Shown: positions 23,690-33,283 of the stretch, in pieces
How the letters are laid out: each line of letters starts with the position of its first letter
Numbering within the stretch: the stretch's first letter is position 1
Source of the DNA: a virus
Strand: one strand, 5' to 3'
Length of the DNA: 64,000 nucleotides
IMG/VR virus record: IMGVR_UViG_3300028883_000036
Location: 1-64,000 of that record
The notes under the pieces: model-generated
Told to the model about the DNA's origin: nothing
Databases searched by the model: none
The model's input: the letters and a program-made list of their open reading frames with translations, nothing else
Position numbers and translations under genes: made by a program

Positions 23690-25000
23690 ATGACTGACTC
23701 AATCATTATCGAAAAAATTGATATCCCTGTTGCCAAAAAAAATTACCTTCAGACCAAAATTGACAAGATCAATCGTAAAGCCAAAAAAATGGGTTGTGAA
23801 CCCTTGGTTTTGGTTTTTGATAATGAACATGTTTACACATATAATGTTGATCATTATACAGGTGCGAAATTGGCATTCCCACGACACATTGATATGTGTA
23901 CTGCTAATTTAATCTATCAAATTCCTATCATTGAAGGATATGAGTTGATTGCAAGATTGGATATCTATCCTACTGTTGATGGTGGAAATGAAGTCATGGT
24001 TTCTGCTGTTCCTGAAAAGAAAGTTCCTGCCAAATATATGAACAAAACCGAAATTCACTGTGATCATTGTGGATGGAAACGTAATCGGAACCATTCCATT
24101 TTGCTGCAACATACGGAAACTGGTGAATATAAAGAAGTTGGTTCGACTTGTGTTAAAGATTTTTTTGGAATTGATCCCAAAGGTTTCATGCTCATGGCAA
24201 GTATCAAGTTTGATGAACTTATCAATGGCATTGATACTGATGATAGATATCAGAATGAAATGAAAAATTCTGGTGGGTATGATATAATTGAAGTTTTTGC
24301 TGTATCTGCTGCTGCTATTGCCAAATGGGGATGGTTGAGTAAAGGTAAAGCTTGGGAACTGAATAAAGAATATGATGCATCTTATATATCTACTGCATCC
24401 CATGTTATTGATAATCTTGATAGAGAGTCTGCTTATTATGCCAAAATGGATGATTCTCTGAAAGTTCACATTGAAAATGAAGACATTGAACTTGCAAAAA
24501 AAGTTTATGAATATTTTACTAATCTTGATCCTAAAAATAATGATTATTTAATCAATTGCTGTAAAATTATTCGAATTGGTTATGTACCTTATAATCATAT
24601 TGGTATTACCTGTTCAATGGTTTCTGCATACAATCGTGAAATTGCTAAAATTGAAAAAATTGAAGCTGATAAAAAATCTGGTGAAGTTGTTTCTGAATGG
24701 CAAGGTGCTGTAGGTCAACGTCTTAAAGACATCACAGTTGAATGCACCTATACCAGAACTTTTCAAAATGATTTTGGTGAACAAACTCTCTATGCTTTTA
24801 AAGATGCAAATGGAAATGTATATAAGACTTTTTACAGTGGATATAAATGGTCTTGTGAAGTTGGTGATATTGTCATGATTACGGGAACTGTTAAAAAACA
24901 TAACGAATTTCAGGGAAAAAAAGAAACCATGATGAATCGTGTAGTTACCAAAGATGCTCCTTCAGAGGCATTTGCTGCCAATGAATTTGTAATTGCATAA
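23690..25000 (+). CDS. conserved large-phage protein with Zn-finger and C-terminal OB-fold
   Basis: CDHC...R.R...VGSTC; C-term GDIVMITGTVKKHNEFQGKKETMMNRV; GGGGG RBS. Confidence 0.7.
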   Translation: MTDSIIIEKIDIPVAKKNYLQTKIDKINRKAKKMGCEPLVLVFDNEHVYTYNVDHYTGAKLAFPRHIDMCTANLIYQIPIIEGYELIARLDIYPTVDGGNEVMVSAVPEKKVPAKYMNKTEIHCDHCGWKRNRNHSILLQHTETGEYKEVGSTCVKDFFGIDPKGFMLMASIKFDELINGIDTDDRYQNEMKNSGGYDIIEVFAVSAAAIAKWGWLSKGKAWELNKEYDASYISTASHVIDNLDRESAYYAKMDDSLKVHIENEDIELAKKVYEYFTNLDPKNNDYLINCCKIIRIGYVPYNHIGITCSMVSAYNREIAKIEKIEADKKSGEVVSEWQGAVGQRLKDITVECTYTRTFQNDFGEQTLYAFKDANGNVYKTFYSGYKWSCEVGDIVMITGTVKKHNEFQGKKETMMNRVVTKDAPSEAFAANEFVIA

Positions 25001-25006
25001 TCAAAC

Positions 25007-25029
25007 ATGGGGGGAATAAAACCCCCCAT
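25007..25029. terminator. hairpin after large gene
   Basis: ATGGGGGG-AATAAAA-CCCCCCAT. Confidence 0.55.
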
Positions 25030-25287
25030 AAAAAGGCTTAGAATGAATATAAATATATATACCACAATCAAGAAGTGTGATAAAAAATATGGCATGTGGT
25101 GTGGATATCTAAGGCCAGATGAAGTAGTGGAATTGGTTAACAGAAATTTAATTGAAATACATACCAGCTATAAACTGGAATGGGCCAAAGAGGATGTTAA
25201 AAAAGGAAAATGTAATCCAACATGGACTTACTTTACACCCAAAGGTAGATTTGAGGAATACCATAGAGGAATGAAAAGGATTGACAA

Positions 25288-25479
25288 ATGAAACCAGAAA
25301 TGCTAAAAGACTGTCTTAGATGTGAATCTATTTTTTATGATGGTGATTCAGACTCCTTTTGGGCCTTTTTTCGTGTAATAGAAAATGGAAATGAATCAGA
25401 TATTGCATTTAAGATGCCCGTAAATGAGGATGATTTTATAGTTGGGCATAACTATAGAATTGAATGGAGAAAAGTATGA
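25288..25479 (+). CDS. hypothetical protein
   Basis: AAGGA RBS. Confidence 0.55.
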   Translation: MKPEMLKDCLRCESIFYDGDSDSFWAFFRVIENGNESDIAFKMPVNEDDFIVGHNYRIEWRKV

Positions 25480-25655
25480 AGAAAAAATATAAATATGAAA
25501 GAGTTATAAGAGTGCATTGTAAAAAATGTCTTGAATGGATTGATGAAAAAGATACTAAATTTGTTGATATTGAAGAAGATTTTCAAGGTGCTGATGTATT
25601 GACATTTATTTGTCCTAAATGTGGAACTCAACAAAAATCAAGGAGATTAGGATGA
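25464..25655 (+). CDS. zinc-ribbon protein (probable start 25476)
   Basis: CKKC...CPKCG. Confidence 0.6.
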   Translation: MEKSMKKKYKYERVIRVHCKKCLEWIDEKDTKFVDIEEDFQGADVLTFICPKCGTQQKSRRLG

Positions 25656-25930
25656 TTAACACTAAATACATTGTAGTAGCCGATGATCATGGCGATTACG
25701 AAAAAATGATTATTTTTCCTGCATCTATAAAACATGATACAATGTCAAGAGCAATGTCAAGAGCACGATATCCAAAGATTGTATCTGCTGGATTCATTGA
25801 TGAATTCATGAAATGTTATGGTTCTTCTATGACTCTTAATATTGAATCAAGAAAAGAAATTGATACAATTATGTTACATACGATGCTTGAAATTGATGAT
25901 AAAAAACTCATATTTAAGGATGATGAATGA
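25619..25930 (+). CDS. hypothetical phage protein (probable start 25652)
   Basis: KYIV...IIFP..I.H...VSAGF...CYG.S.TL.I.SR. Confidence 0.65.
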   Translation: MWNSTKIKEIRMINTKYIVVADDHGDYEKMIIFPASIKHDTMSRAMSRARYPKIVSAGFIDEFMKCYGSSMTLNIESRKEIDTIMLHTMLEIDDKKLIFKDDE

Positions 25931-26061
25931 TGGATGATTTAGATAGAGAAGCATTGTTGGAGTCTGATTATCAAGGTATTGATGATTTAGATAGGGAAGC
26001 ATTGTTGGAGTCTGATTATCAAGGTATTGACGATTTAGATAGAGAAGCATTGGGGGAATAA
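25927..26061 (+). CDS. acidic tandem-repeat peptide (44 aa; 48-bp repeat x2.5)
   Basis: MM-DDLDREALLESDYQGI-DDLDREALLESDYQGI-DDLDREALGE; ATGA and TAATG coupling on both sides. Confidence 0.6.
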   Translation: MMDDLDREALLESDYQGIDDLDREALLESDYQGIDDLDREALGE

Positions 26062-26339
26062 TGGAAGAATATATAACAGGAACAGGACAAAAAATACTCG
26101 TTCATGATAAAAAAGATTGCAAAGGTCAATATTGTGTGATACATAATCCATCAAATCATCATATGAAGAACTGGCCTACCCATTATCGTTACGATAGAGG
26201 ATTGATGGAAAGAATATGTAAACATGGTGTAGGGCATCCTGATCCTGATGATTTAGCCTACAAAGAAAGTATTGGAATAAATATTGCTGTAGAAAGTGTA
26301 CATGGATGTGATGGTTGTTGCATTCCACCAAAAAAATAA
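26061..26339 (+). CDS. conserved phage Cys/His-rich protein
   Basis: C.IHNPS.H.M..WP...ERIC.HGVGHPDPD...HGCDGCC. Confidence 0.7.
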   Translation: MEEYITGTGQKILVHDKKDCKGQYCVIHNPSNHHMKNWPTHYRYDRGLMERICKHGVGHPDPDDLAYKESIGINIAVESVHGCDGCCIPPKK

Positions 26340-26349
26340 ATTTTAATGT

Positions 26350-26440
26350 AGATCGGTGCCTGAATTGGTTGAAAGGACCAGACTGTAAATCTGGTGCCAT
26401 TGGCTAAACACTGTAGGTTCAAATCCTACCCGATCTACCA
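26350..26440 (+). tRNA. tRNA-Tyr(GTA)
   Basis: CCAGA-CTGTAAA-TCTGG, long variable arm, ACCA. Confidence 0.9.
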
Positions 26441-26465
26441 ATTTTTTAAAGAAAGGATTATCATC

Positions 26466-26723
26466 ATGGAACTTTTTTTAGTAGTTTTGATATGTATGTT
26501 AGTAGCATTTTTTTATTTTAACAGAAATTGGATTAAATACATGTGGAAGGAACATTTTTGTGATGAATTTCCTGTTGATCTTCCACCATTTTGCATGGAT
26601 TGTAAAGAACCATCTTGCGAAAATTGTAAAGCCAAATCATTATGGAAAAAAGATCCAAATAAAGCTTTGGAAATTTTCTTTGAAATGAATAAAAAATATG
26701 AAAAACCACTTGACAATAAATAA
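26466..26723 (+). CDS. small membrane protein
   Basis: AAGGA RBS, start MELFLVVL; N-terminal TM. Confidence 0.6.
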   Translation: MELFLVVLICMLVAFFYFNRNWIKYMWKEHFCDEFPVDLPPFCMDCKEPSCENCKAKSLWKKDPNKALEIFFEMNKKYEKPLDNK

Positions 26724-26738
26724 CAAATAAAGTATAAA
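26710..26738 (+). promoter_or_regulatory. sigma70-type promoter upstream of RNA copy 6
   Basis: TTGACA-17-TATAAA. Confidence 0.7.
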
Positions 26739-26758
26739 TATTTTAGAATTTATTATTA

Positions 26759-26815
26759 AGGTTGATTACAGCAATCATAAATAGACTATAAATCTAACAT
26801 TAAAATATCAACCTG
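26759..26815 (+). ncRNA. RCAGCAA-stem RNA, copy 6
   Basis: AGGUUGAU-U-ACAGCAA...UAGA-CUAUAAA-UCUA...AUCAACCUG. Confidence 0.75.
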
Positions 26816-26841
26816 TTTTATAATCTAAAAATGGGGGAATA

Positions 26842-27165
26842 ATGAGAATCAAAACTTATAAAATTGATGCTGTTCATCCTGTTGCAAAACGAGTCATTAA
26901 ATCTAATTTAAATGAAGGAGAAGCTAATAAACTTTTCAAAGAACTTAGAAATGCAGGATATGAAGATGAAAATATAGAAGTTATTTTCACTGAGGTTCCT
27001 CTTATAGAAACACCTGATGATATTCTTGATGATGAAGAAAAAGTTATTAAATATTTTATGTTAGAAAATGATATGTCTGAAAAAAATACTATGATATATC
27101 TGAAACCAGTTTTAGATGCAATGAAAAAGGCAGAATGTATATTTCATCAACCACATATTTATTAA
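26842..27165 (+). CDS. hypothetical protein
   Basis: GGGGG RBS. Confidence 0.65.
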   Translation: MRIKTYKIDAVHPVAKRVIKSNLNEGEANKLFKELRNAGYEDENIEVIFTEVPLIETPDDILDDEEKVIKYFMLENDMSEKNTMIYLKPVLDAMKKAECIFHQPHIY

Positions 27166-27181
27166 ATAGTTAGGAGAAATA

Positions 27182-27418
27182 ATGAAAGAATTTAATGTAA
27201 GGTATGGAGTAGTAAATGTCAAAAATCGTGTTCAATATGAAAAAACTTTTCAGATTGGATATGGGTATGAATTCACTTCTTTTAATGAATTCGATGCAAT
27301 CAAATACTGCAAAAAACAAAAAGATCCCAATGTAATTGTAGAAAGGATTTTTAATACACCCAAAGCAGTAAATAACAAAAAAGAAATCTTCAGGGGTGGA
27401 GATTTCAAGGAAGGATAA
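27182..27418 (+). CDS. hypothetical protein
   Basis: AGGAG RBS. Confidence 0.6.
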   Translation: MKEFNVRYGVVNVKNRVQYEKTFQIGYGYEFTSFNEFDAIKYCKKQKDPNVIVERIFNTPKAVNNKKEIFRGGDFKEG

Positions 27419-27655
27419 ATGCGTAAAACAATAGATCTAAATAAAGAAGAAATAGAAATAGTAGAAAAATACAAGGATGAAAATAAACTAAAAAGTTTTT
27501 CAGATGCAGTAAGAAATATCATTAGAAAAGATATTGAAGAAGATGTTTCTGATAGTAACTTTGCTTTGATTGCTGATGCTTTGATTAGTATAGATGAAAA
27601 AGTAAGTCTTTTGACTGTTCATCTTGCACCAAAGGGAGCAGGAGAAGTTAAATAA
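27419..27655 (+). CDS. ribbon-helix-helix (CopG-like) DNA-binding protein
   Basis: MRKTIDL...SFSDAVRNII. Confidence 0.6.
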   Translation: MRKTIDLNKEEIEIVEKYKDENKLKSFSDAVRNIIRKDIEEDVSDSNFALIADALISIDEKVSLLTVHLAPKGAGEVK

Positions 27656-27664
27656 AAGAGGAAA

Positions 27665-28045
27665 ATGTTATCAAATGTAAGAGATATATCAAAAAAATTC
27701 TGTAAAGATTTTGATATTCCATATTGTCAAATTTATTATGTAGATGTAATAGAAAAAGTAGCGGGGTATGGGGATTTATACGGTGTGTATATTCCCCTTG
27801 CTCCCTATCACATGCTTGTATTGAATGAAACTAATCATATAGTAATAGTAATTCATGAGCTAACTCATCATTTAGAAGAAATATATTATAATAATGAAAA
27901 TGATTCTTTTCATGGATATTCATTCCAATTAGCTAAAAAAAGAGTAAAAAAATGGTGTATAAAGAATTTAAGTTCAAAAGCTGATTGGAAAATACCATTA
28001 TCTGCATCATTTACAGAAAAAGAAATGATGAATTTTAGACTTTAA
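27665..28045 (+). CDS. SprT/zincin-like metalloprotein
   Basis: HELTH...HGYSF. Confidence 0.65.
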   Translation: MLSNVRDISKKFCKDFDIPYCQIYYVDVIEKVAGYGDLYGVYIPLAPYHMLVLNETNHIVIVIHELTHHLEEIYYNNENDSFHGYSFQLAKKRVKKWCIKNLSSKADWKIPLSASFTEKEMMNFRL

Positions 28046-28062
28046 AAATATAAATAATTATA

Positions 28063-28150
28063 GGCTTGAATCACACTTCAATATAGACTAACATGAAAGT
28101 TGATTGTTATCAACAAAGGCATGATCCAAAGATTAAAGTAGATTCAAGCC
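28063..28150. ncRNA. putative rod-shaped structured RNA or long intergenic hairpin
   Basis: perfect 10-bp GGCTTGAATC/GATTCAAGCC closing stem with further nested stems. Confidence 0.4.
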
Positions 28151-28170
28151 ATTTTTTTACCAAAAAATCC

Positions 28171-28199
28171 TTGACATTATAGATATAATAAAATATAAT
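28171..28199 (+). promoter_or_regulatory. sigma70-type promoter of helicase cassette
   Basis: TTGACA-17-TATAAT. Confidence 0.8.
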
Positions 28200-28249
28200 A
28201 TAATAAGATATATAATTAAAGAATATCTAAAAATAGAAAGGATTGTGTT

Positions 28250-30118
28250 GTGACTGAAATTACTAATAGTTTTTATGGTATAGATGGTATTGATAGATTA
28301 ACTTCAGGTGATCCTGATACCTCTAATGGTAGTAAAAAAAATCCTTGGAAAGCTAGACATTACCAAAACGAAATTTATAAAATTCTAAATAAACACTCCA
28401 AAATCACTTGTGTTACTGGTGGTGGTAAGTCCTTTATGATTTTGGGTAAAGCATATCTTGAAGCTAAACAATTCCAAAAACAAATAATTTGTATCCCTAA
28501 AAAAATCATTGGAAATGGTTTTGTAATTAATCAATGGGTAAAATTTTCAAGAAATAAAATCAATTTTAATATCAAACATGATTTATGTGTTGATGATAGT
28601 GCTGCTGAGTTAAATAGTAAGGCAAATGAACTGATATCTTTCATCAAAAAAAGTCCTAAGAAAATTGGGCCTGTTTTTAATGAATACATTTATTTGGTTA
28701 CTCATGCAACATTTGCAAGATCCTTTAACAAACTTAAAAAAGATAAAAAATTAAACTATTATTTCAAAAATATTACTGTTCATATAGATGAAGCACATAG
28801 AGTTCATTTAGAAGATGATGAAAAAGATAATGAAAAAATCTGTAATCAATTGGGTAAAGCTATTAAATATATCATCAAAAATTCAGAAAGAAAGAAAATT
28901 TACTTCAATCTTGTAACTGCTACATTTTATAGAAACAAAAGAGAAAATATTGTTCCTATTGATTTTAAATGGACAAAACAAAATACCATCAATGTTAATA
29001 CAATAACCTTTTTGGAACACTGTAAATATCTAACAGGTTTCAATTATAGCTTGAGACTTGAAGAAGGAGAATATACAGAAGGTATAAAAAAGATTTTTGA
29101 TAATGATCCATCAAAACCAACTCTTATCTTCATGCCTACAGATGGAAGCAAAGATTCAATTTGGGGAATGACCAAACTCAAAGCTGTTGAAGAAATAAAA
29201 AGAGTTATAGGTGGTAATCTCAAAATCAAAAGTCTTGTGGATGAACGTCAACGAAAAAGAGTAATGGAAGAAATAAGGGAAGAAAATGATATTGATGTTA
29301 TCATAAACATTAGGGTTGCTTCTGAAGGTTTTGATTGGCCTGAATGCAAAAGAGTTATTATTTGTGGGAAAAGAAATTCCTTAATTGAGATTCCACAAAA
29401 CATCGGTAGAGTAATGAGAGATCATGAAAGTAAAAAACATGAAGCACCTGAAGTAATCCACATTTTACCAAAAGTTGATCCTGAAGCTGATGATGATGGT
29501 ACATTAAAAGGTATATTCAATAACGTGATGAAGTTAATTGGTGGACAACTTCTTCTTATATCTGATTTATATAGTAAAGAAGCAAACAAACTCAATAAAA
29601 TAGCAGGTAAAAAACAAACTATCAATGAATACCTTGGAGAAAATTTAACAGTAGATGAAAGAGAGAATTTTGATCAAACAATAAGAAATAGAATGATAGA
29701 TTTACTGCAAATAAAAGGTCAAGATAATGTTAGTGATGATGATGTAAAAGAAATTATTAGAGAAGAATTAAATGAACGAAATTTGGATGATAGTAGTGTT
29801 ATGGTTAATTTCCTATTAAGACAAAAAAAGATGGAAACCATACATAGTATTGATAAAGATGATTCCCAACATAACAATTTTAAAAAAATAGAGAAACATT
29901 ACAATAGACTTTTAAATGAAAACAATGTTGATAATGCTGAAATTGATCTTCTCTTAGATGAAGTTGATTCCTTTGGATGGATCAAAAACTATACTACAAA
30001 AATTTTCAATGTTCAAACATTTAGAGAATTAGAAGAAAGATTAGATAATACAATAATTGAGAAAATTATAGCTATTCGTGATTATGAACTGAAAAAATTA
30101 GAGGAAGAAAATGATTAA
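28250..30118 (+). CDS. SF2 helicase/ATPase (restriction Res-like, DEAH)
   Basis: TGGGKS, DEAH, TAT, EGFDWP, QNIGRVMR; GTG start. Confidence 0.8.
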   Translation: MTEITNSFYGIDGIDRLTSGDPDTSNGSKKNPWKARHYQNEIYKILNKHSKITCVTGGGKSFMILGKAYLEAKQFQKQIICIPKKIIGNGFVINQWVKFSRNKINFNIKHDLCVDDSAAELNSKANELISFIKKSPKKIGPVFNEYIYLVTHATFARSFNKLKKDKKLNYYFKNITVHIDEAHRVHLEDDEKDNEKICNQLGKAIKYIIKNSERKKIYFNLVTATFYRNKRENIVPIDFKWTKQNTINVNTITFLEHCKYLTGFNYSLRLEEGEYTEGIKKIFDNDPSKPTLIFMPTDGSKDSIWGMTKLKAVEEIKRVIGGNLKIKSLVDERQRKRVMEEIREENDIDVIINIRVASEGFDWPECKRVIICGKRNSLIEIPQNIGRVMRDHESKKHEAPEVIHILPKVDPEADDDGTLKGIFNNVMKLIGGQLLLISDLYSKEANKLNKIAGKKQTINEYLGENLTVDERENFDQTIRNRMIDLLQIKGQDNVSDDDVKEIIREELNERNLDDSSVMVNFLLRQKKMETIHSIDKDDSQHNNFKKIEKHYNRLLNENNVDNAEIDLLLDEVDSFGWIKNYTTKIFNVQTFRELEERLDNTIIEKIIAIRDYELKKLEEEND

Positions 30119-30758
30119 TCCAGAATTAGGTTTTGATAAAGATTCATTTTTAAGTATATTAAGAAAAAAATATAAAAATGGTACTCTATCCAAACATATT
30201 ATTGAATTGACTGAATCTATTCCTAATTTTAAATGGAGTTTTGATTGGTGTACTAAAAAGCAATTCATTCAATTTTGTAAAGACAATGGAATAGAAAACC
30301 AAACTTCATTTAGAAAATGGTGCAAGAAAAATAAACGTCCTTATAATATATCATCTATACCAGATAGAATATATAAAAATTTTTCATGGGGTGATATATC
30401 AGGACAATATATGAATGTAGATTGGTGTACTAAAAAGCAATTCATTCAATTTTGTAAAGATCATGAAATAAAAAACCAAACTTCATTTAGAAAATGGTGT
30501 AAAGAAAATAAACGTCCTTATAATATATCATCTATACCACATAAAATATATGAAAATTGGTCATGGGGTGATATATCAGGACAATATCATAATGTAGATT
30601 GGTGTACTAAAAAACAATTTATTCAATTTTGTAAAGATCATGAAATAGAAAGCAGAACTCAATTTTATAAATGGTGCAAGAAAAATAAACGTCCTGATAA
30701 TATATCATCTGCCCCAGATAAAACATATAAAAATTGGTCATGGAAACTTATAAAATGA
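30111..30758 (+). CDS. repeat protein, 3 x 59-aa units (integrase-repeat/helicase-associated-like)
   Basis: unit DWCTK.QFIQFCKD..I.....F.KWCK.NKRP.NI.S.P...Y.N.SW. Confidence 0.75.
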   Translation: MINPELGFDKDSFLSILRKKYKNGTLSKHIIELTESIPNFKWSFDWCTKKQFIQFCKDNGIENQTSFRKWCKKNKRPYNISSIPDRIYKNFSWGDISGQYMNVDWCTKKQFIQFCKDHEIKNQTSFRKWCKENKRPYNISSIPHKIYENWSWGDISGQYHNVDWCTKKQFIQFCKDHEIESRTQFYKWCKKNKRPDNISSAPDKTYKNWSWKLIK

Positions 30759-31579
30759 TTAATCCAGAATTAGGTTTTAATAAAGACTCATTTCTCTGTA
30801 TATTAAGAATAAAATATAAAAATGGTACTCTAGCCAAACATATTATTGAATTGACTGAATCTATTCCTAATTTTAAATGGGGTTTTGATTGGTGTACTAA
30901 AAAACAATTTATTCAATTTTGTAAAGATCATGAAATAGAAAGCAGAACTCAATTTTATAAATGGTGCAAGAAAAATAAACGTCCTGATAATATACCATCT
31001 ACTCCAAATAGAATATATAAAAATTTTTCATGGGGTGATATATCAGGAATATATAAAAATGTAGATTGGTGTACTAAAGAAGAATTCATACAATTTTGTA
31101 AAGATCATGAAATAAAAAGCAGAACTCAATTTAGAAAATGGTGTAAAGAAAATAAACGTCCTTATAATATATCATCTGAACCAAATATAATATATAAAAA
31201 TTGGTCATGGGGTGATATATCAGGAAAATATATGAATGTAGATTGGTGTACTAAAGAAGAATTCATTCAATGGTGTAAAGACAATGGAATAAAGAATAAT
31301 CTTCAATTTATAAAATGGTGTAAAGAAAATAAACGTCCTTATAATATATCATCTGATCCAAATAAAACATATAAAAATTTTTCATGGGGTGATATATCAG
31401 GAAGATATAGAAATGTAAATTGGTGTACTAAAAAACAATTTATACAATTCTGTAAAGATCATGAAATAAAAACAAAAACTCAATTTAGAAAATGGTGCAA
31501 GAAAAATAAACGTCCTTATAATATACCATATAATCCAAATACGATATATGAAAATTGGTCATGGAAACTTATAAAATAA
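30243..31579 (+). repeat. 177-bp coding tandem repeats (7 units over two paralogous genes)
   Basis: GATTGGTGTACTAAA recurs at 177-bp period. Confidence 0.9.
30755..31579 (+). CDS. paralogous repeat protein, 4 x 59-aa units
   Basis: same N-terminus MINPELGF; ATGA overlap. Confidence 0.75.
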   Translation: MINPELGFNKDSFLCILRIKYKNGTLAKHIIELTESIPNFKWGFDWCTKKQFIQFCKDHEIESRTQFYKWCKKNKRPDNIPSTPNRIYKNFSWGDISGIYKNVDWCTKEEFIQFCKDHEIKSRTQFRKWCKENKRPYNISSEPNIIYKNWSWGDISGKYMNVDWCTKEEFIQWCKDNGIKNNLQFIKWCKENKRPYNISSDPNKTYKNFSWGDISGRYRNVNWCTKKQFIQFCKDHEIKTKTQFRKWCKKNKRPYNIPYNPNTIYENWSWKLIK

Positions 31580-31658
31580 AATTTAATTTTCCCTTGACAA
31601 ACAGATATATAATATAGTATAGATAATTAAAAACCATAAGGATATATAATATAATATA

Positions 31659-32315
31659 ATGTTACCTGAATTCTATAAATGCCATAAAAAGAAACTATCA
31701 AGACAAGATACTATTATTGATGCATATAGGAACATTTTTAATACCCATTCTATCCCCTTAGACCGTCAATATTGGACTTTATGTAATTATCAAGCCGATA
31801 ATATGGGAAACATAACTGAAGCATCAGAAATAGGTCAAATGGTCAATAGTGAACTTATAAAAATAAATCAATTCTATGGAGTTGATATTCTACCTGAAGT
31901 AATAAAACATAACAAAAAATATATTACAAATGCTAATTGGTTTACAGGAAGTCTCTATGATATTATAATAGACAATTTAGATTATTTTAATCCATCTATT
32001 ATAAATATTGATTTAAATTGTATGATGAATAAATCAATACATATAATAACCCGAATATTAGAATTAATTAATGCTCTAAAAACTAAAAATATCATGATAG
32101 TATTGAATGTCATGATAACAAATCCAAGACAAAAAACAACTTCACAATTAATAGAAATAAATAAATCCTTTATTTCAAAATTTTTAAAAAATAAAAGCTT
32201 TTTGAATAATGCTGTAGATTGGAATATATATAAAAATAAAATATATTCATATCATGGTACAGGAAAGAAGGGAAAGACAATAATGAGTACATTAATCTTA
32301 TGGAAGGGGGGGTGA
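31659..32315 (+). CDS. putative Rossmann-fold methyltransferase-like protein
   Basis: FYGVD...N......NWF.G...FNPSIINIDL pattern; canonical motif I weak. Confidence 0.45.
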   Translation: MLPEFYKCHKKKLSRQDTIIDAYRNIFNTHSIPLDRQYWTLCNYQADNMGNITEASEIGQMVNSELIKINQFYGVDILPEVIKHNKKYITNANWFTGSLYDIIIDNLDYFNPSIINIDLNCMMNKSIHIITRILELINALKTKNIMIVLNVMITNPRQKTTSQLIEINKSFISKFLKNKSFLNNAVDWNIYKNKIYSYHGTGKKGKTIMSTLILWKGG

Positions 32316-32321
32316 AAGTAG

Positions 32322-32462
32322 ATGAGTGAACAACAGAAAAAATTATTTATAAAATGTCTAAAAGCTTTTCCTGAAGATGCAACTGAACTTGCTAAAGCAT
32401 TTAATGTTTCCAAAAGATCACTTGCAGCTTTCAAAGCTAATATGACAATGGGTAGATACTAA
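32322..32462 (+). CDS. small HTH-like protein (46 aa)
   Basis: MSEQQKKLFIKCLKAFPEDATELAKAFNVSKRSLAAFKANMTMGRY; GGGGG RBS. Confidence 0.55.
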   Translation: MSEQQKKLFIKCLKAFPEDATELAKAFNVSKRSLAAFKANMTMGRY

Positions 32463-32464
32463 TT

Positions 32465-32503
32465 GTAAGAAGGAAAACATTTCTTTGTTTTCCTTCTTGC
32501 TTT
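32465..32503. terminator. bidirectional terminator between convergent operons
   Basis: GTAAGAAGGAAAACA-TTTCTT-TGTTTTCCTTCTTGC. Confidence 0.8.
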
Positions 32504-32546
32504 CTATTAGTTTTATATATCTACTTTTGGAAATGATTGATGTAAA

Positions 32547-33083
32547 TTAAAAAAATACTCCTAATTCTTCTTTACTTAATCCATCATCTTTTCTTTCAAT
32601 TACTGCTATCGTATCATGAATTGCCCCACCATGAGACATTAAAAGAATATGTTCCTGTTTATATCCTCTTGTCTTACCCATCGTATTCGAATGGTATCCA
32701 AAAGATATTGATATATGATTGGGTTTCATTATTTTACCCAATTCATTCTTGATCTGATTGAATGAACTGCTAACAGCCCCATCATACATTTCCATTGATT
32801 TTCGATAAGCATATGGTGGGTCTAAAATTATAGTATTAAATTTATCTAATCCCCATAATTCAAGTTTATTACTCCAATGTCTAATAAACTCAAGAGCATC
32901 CATATGGTAATCACATGGCATATTTTCTCTTATATCATTTCTTATTTCATTACAATTGAGTTTATATTTTCCTGCAAATAAATTTAAAACTTTACCTTCT
33001 ACATTTTGTTCTACCCATTCTCTTACCCTTTTATTCTTAAAAGTATATCTGTAAAGGGGAGTTTTCATGTATGTAATTTTCAT
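32547..33083 (-). CDS. N6-adenine methyltransferase-like protein
   Basis: NLFAG and ILDPPY motifs. Confidence 0.7.
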   Translation of the reverse strand: MKITYMKTPLYRYTFKNKRVREWVEQNVEGKVLNLFAGKYKLNCNEIRNDIRENMPCDYHMDALEFIRHWSNKLELWGLDKFNTIILDPPYAYRKSMEMYDGAVSSSFNQIKNELGKIMKPNHISISFGYHSNTMGKTRGYKQEHILLMSHGGAIHDTIAVIERKDDGLSKEELGVFF

Positions 33084-33085
33084 TA

Positions 33086-33283
33086 TTAATCCTCTACATA
33101 AACAATTTCAATTTCATATATAGAAGTATATGGAATAACGTATGTCTTTATAGTTTCATCATCTTTTGTAACTCTAATTCCATATTCCTTCCATTGAATA
33201 TCATCAAATAAAATTTCTTCAGTATATTCAAATAAATTTTTAGTAGAATATGATTTCCATTTAACTTTATATTTTGTTTTCAT
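33086..33283 (-). CDS. hypothetical protein
   Basis: coupled ORF. Confidence 0.55.
   Translation of the reverse strand: MKTKYKVKWKSYSTKNLFEYTEEILFDDIQWKEYGIRVTKDDETIKTYVIPYTSIYEIEIVYVED

Noticed and set aside
26394-26465. N-terminal extension of ORF 26394-26723, and ORFs 6161-6343 and 5442-5687
   Set aside because: They overlap tRNA genes; for the first, the true start with RBS is 26466.
30243-31579. CRISPR array (also considered for the 48-bp repeat at 25.9 kb and the RCAGCAA elements)
   Set aside because: Repeats are in-frame coding units or dispersed elements without unique spacers; no cas genes.
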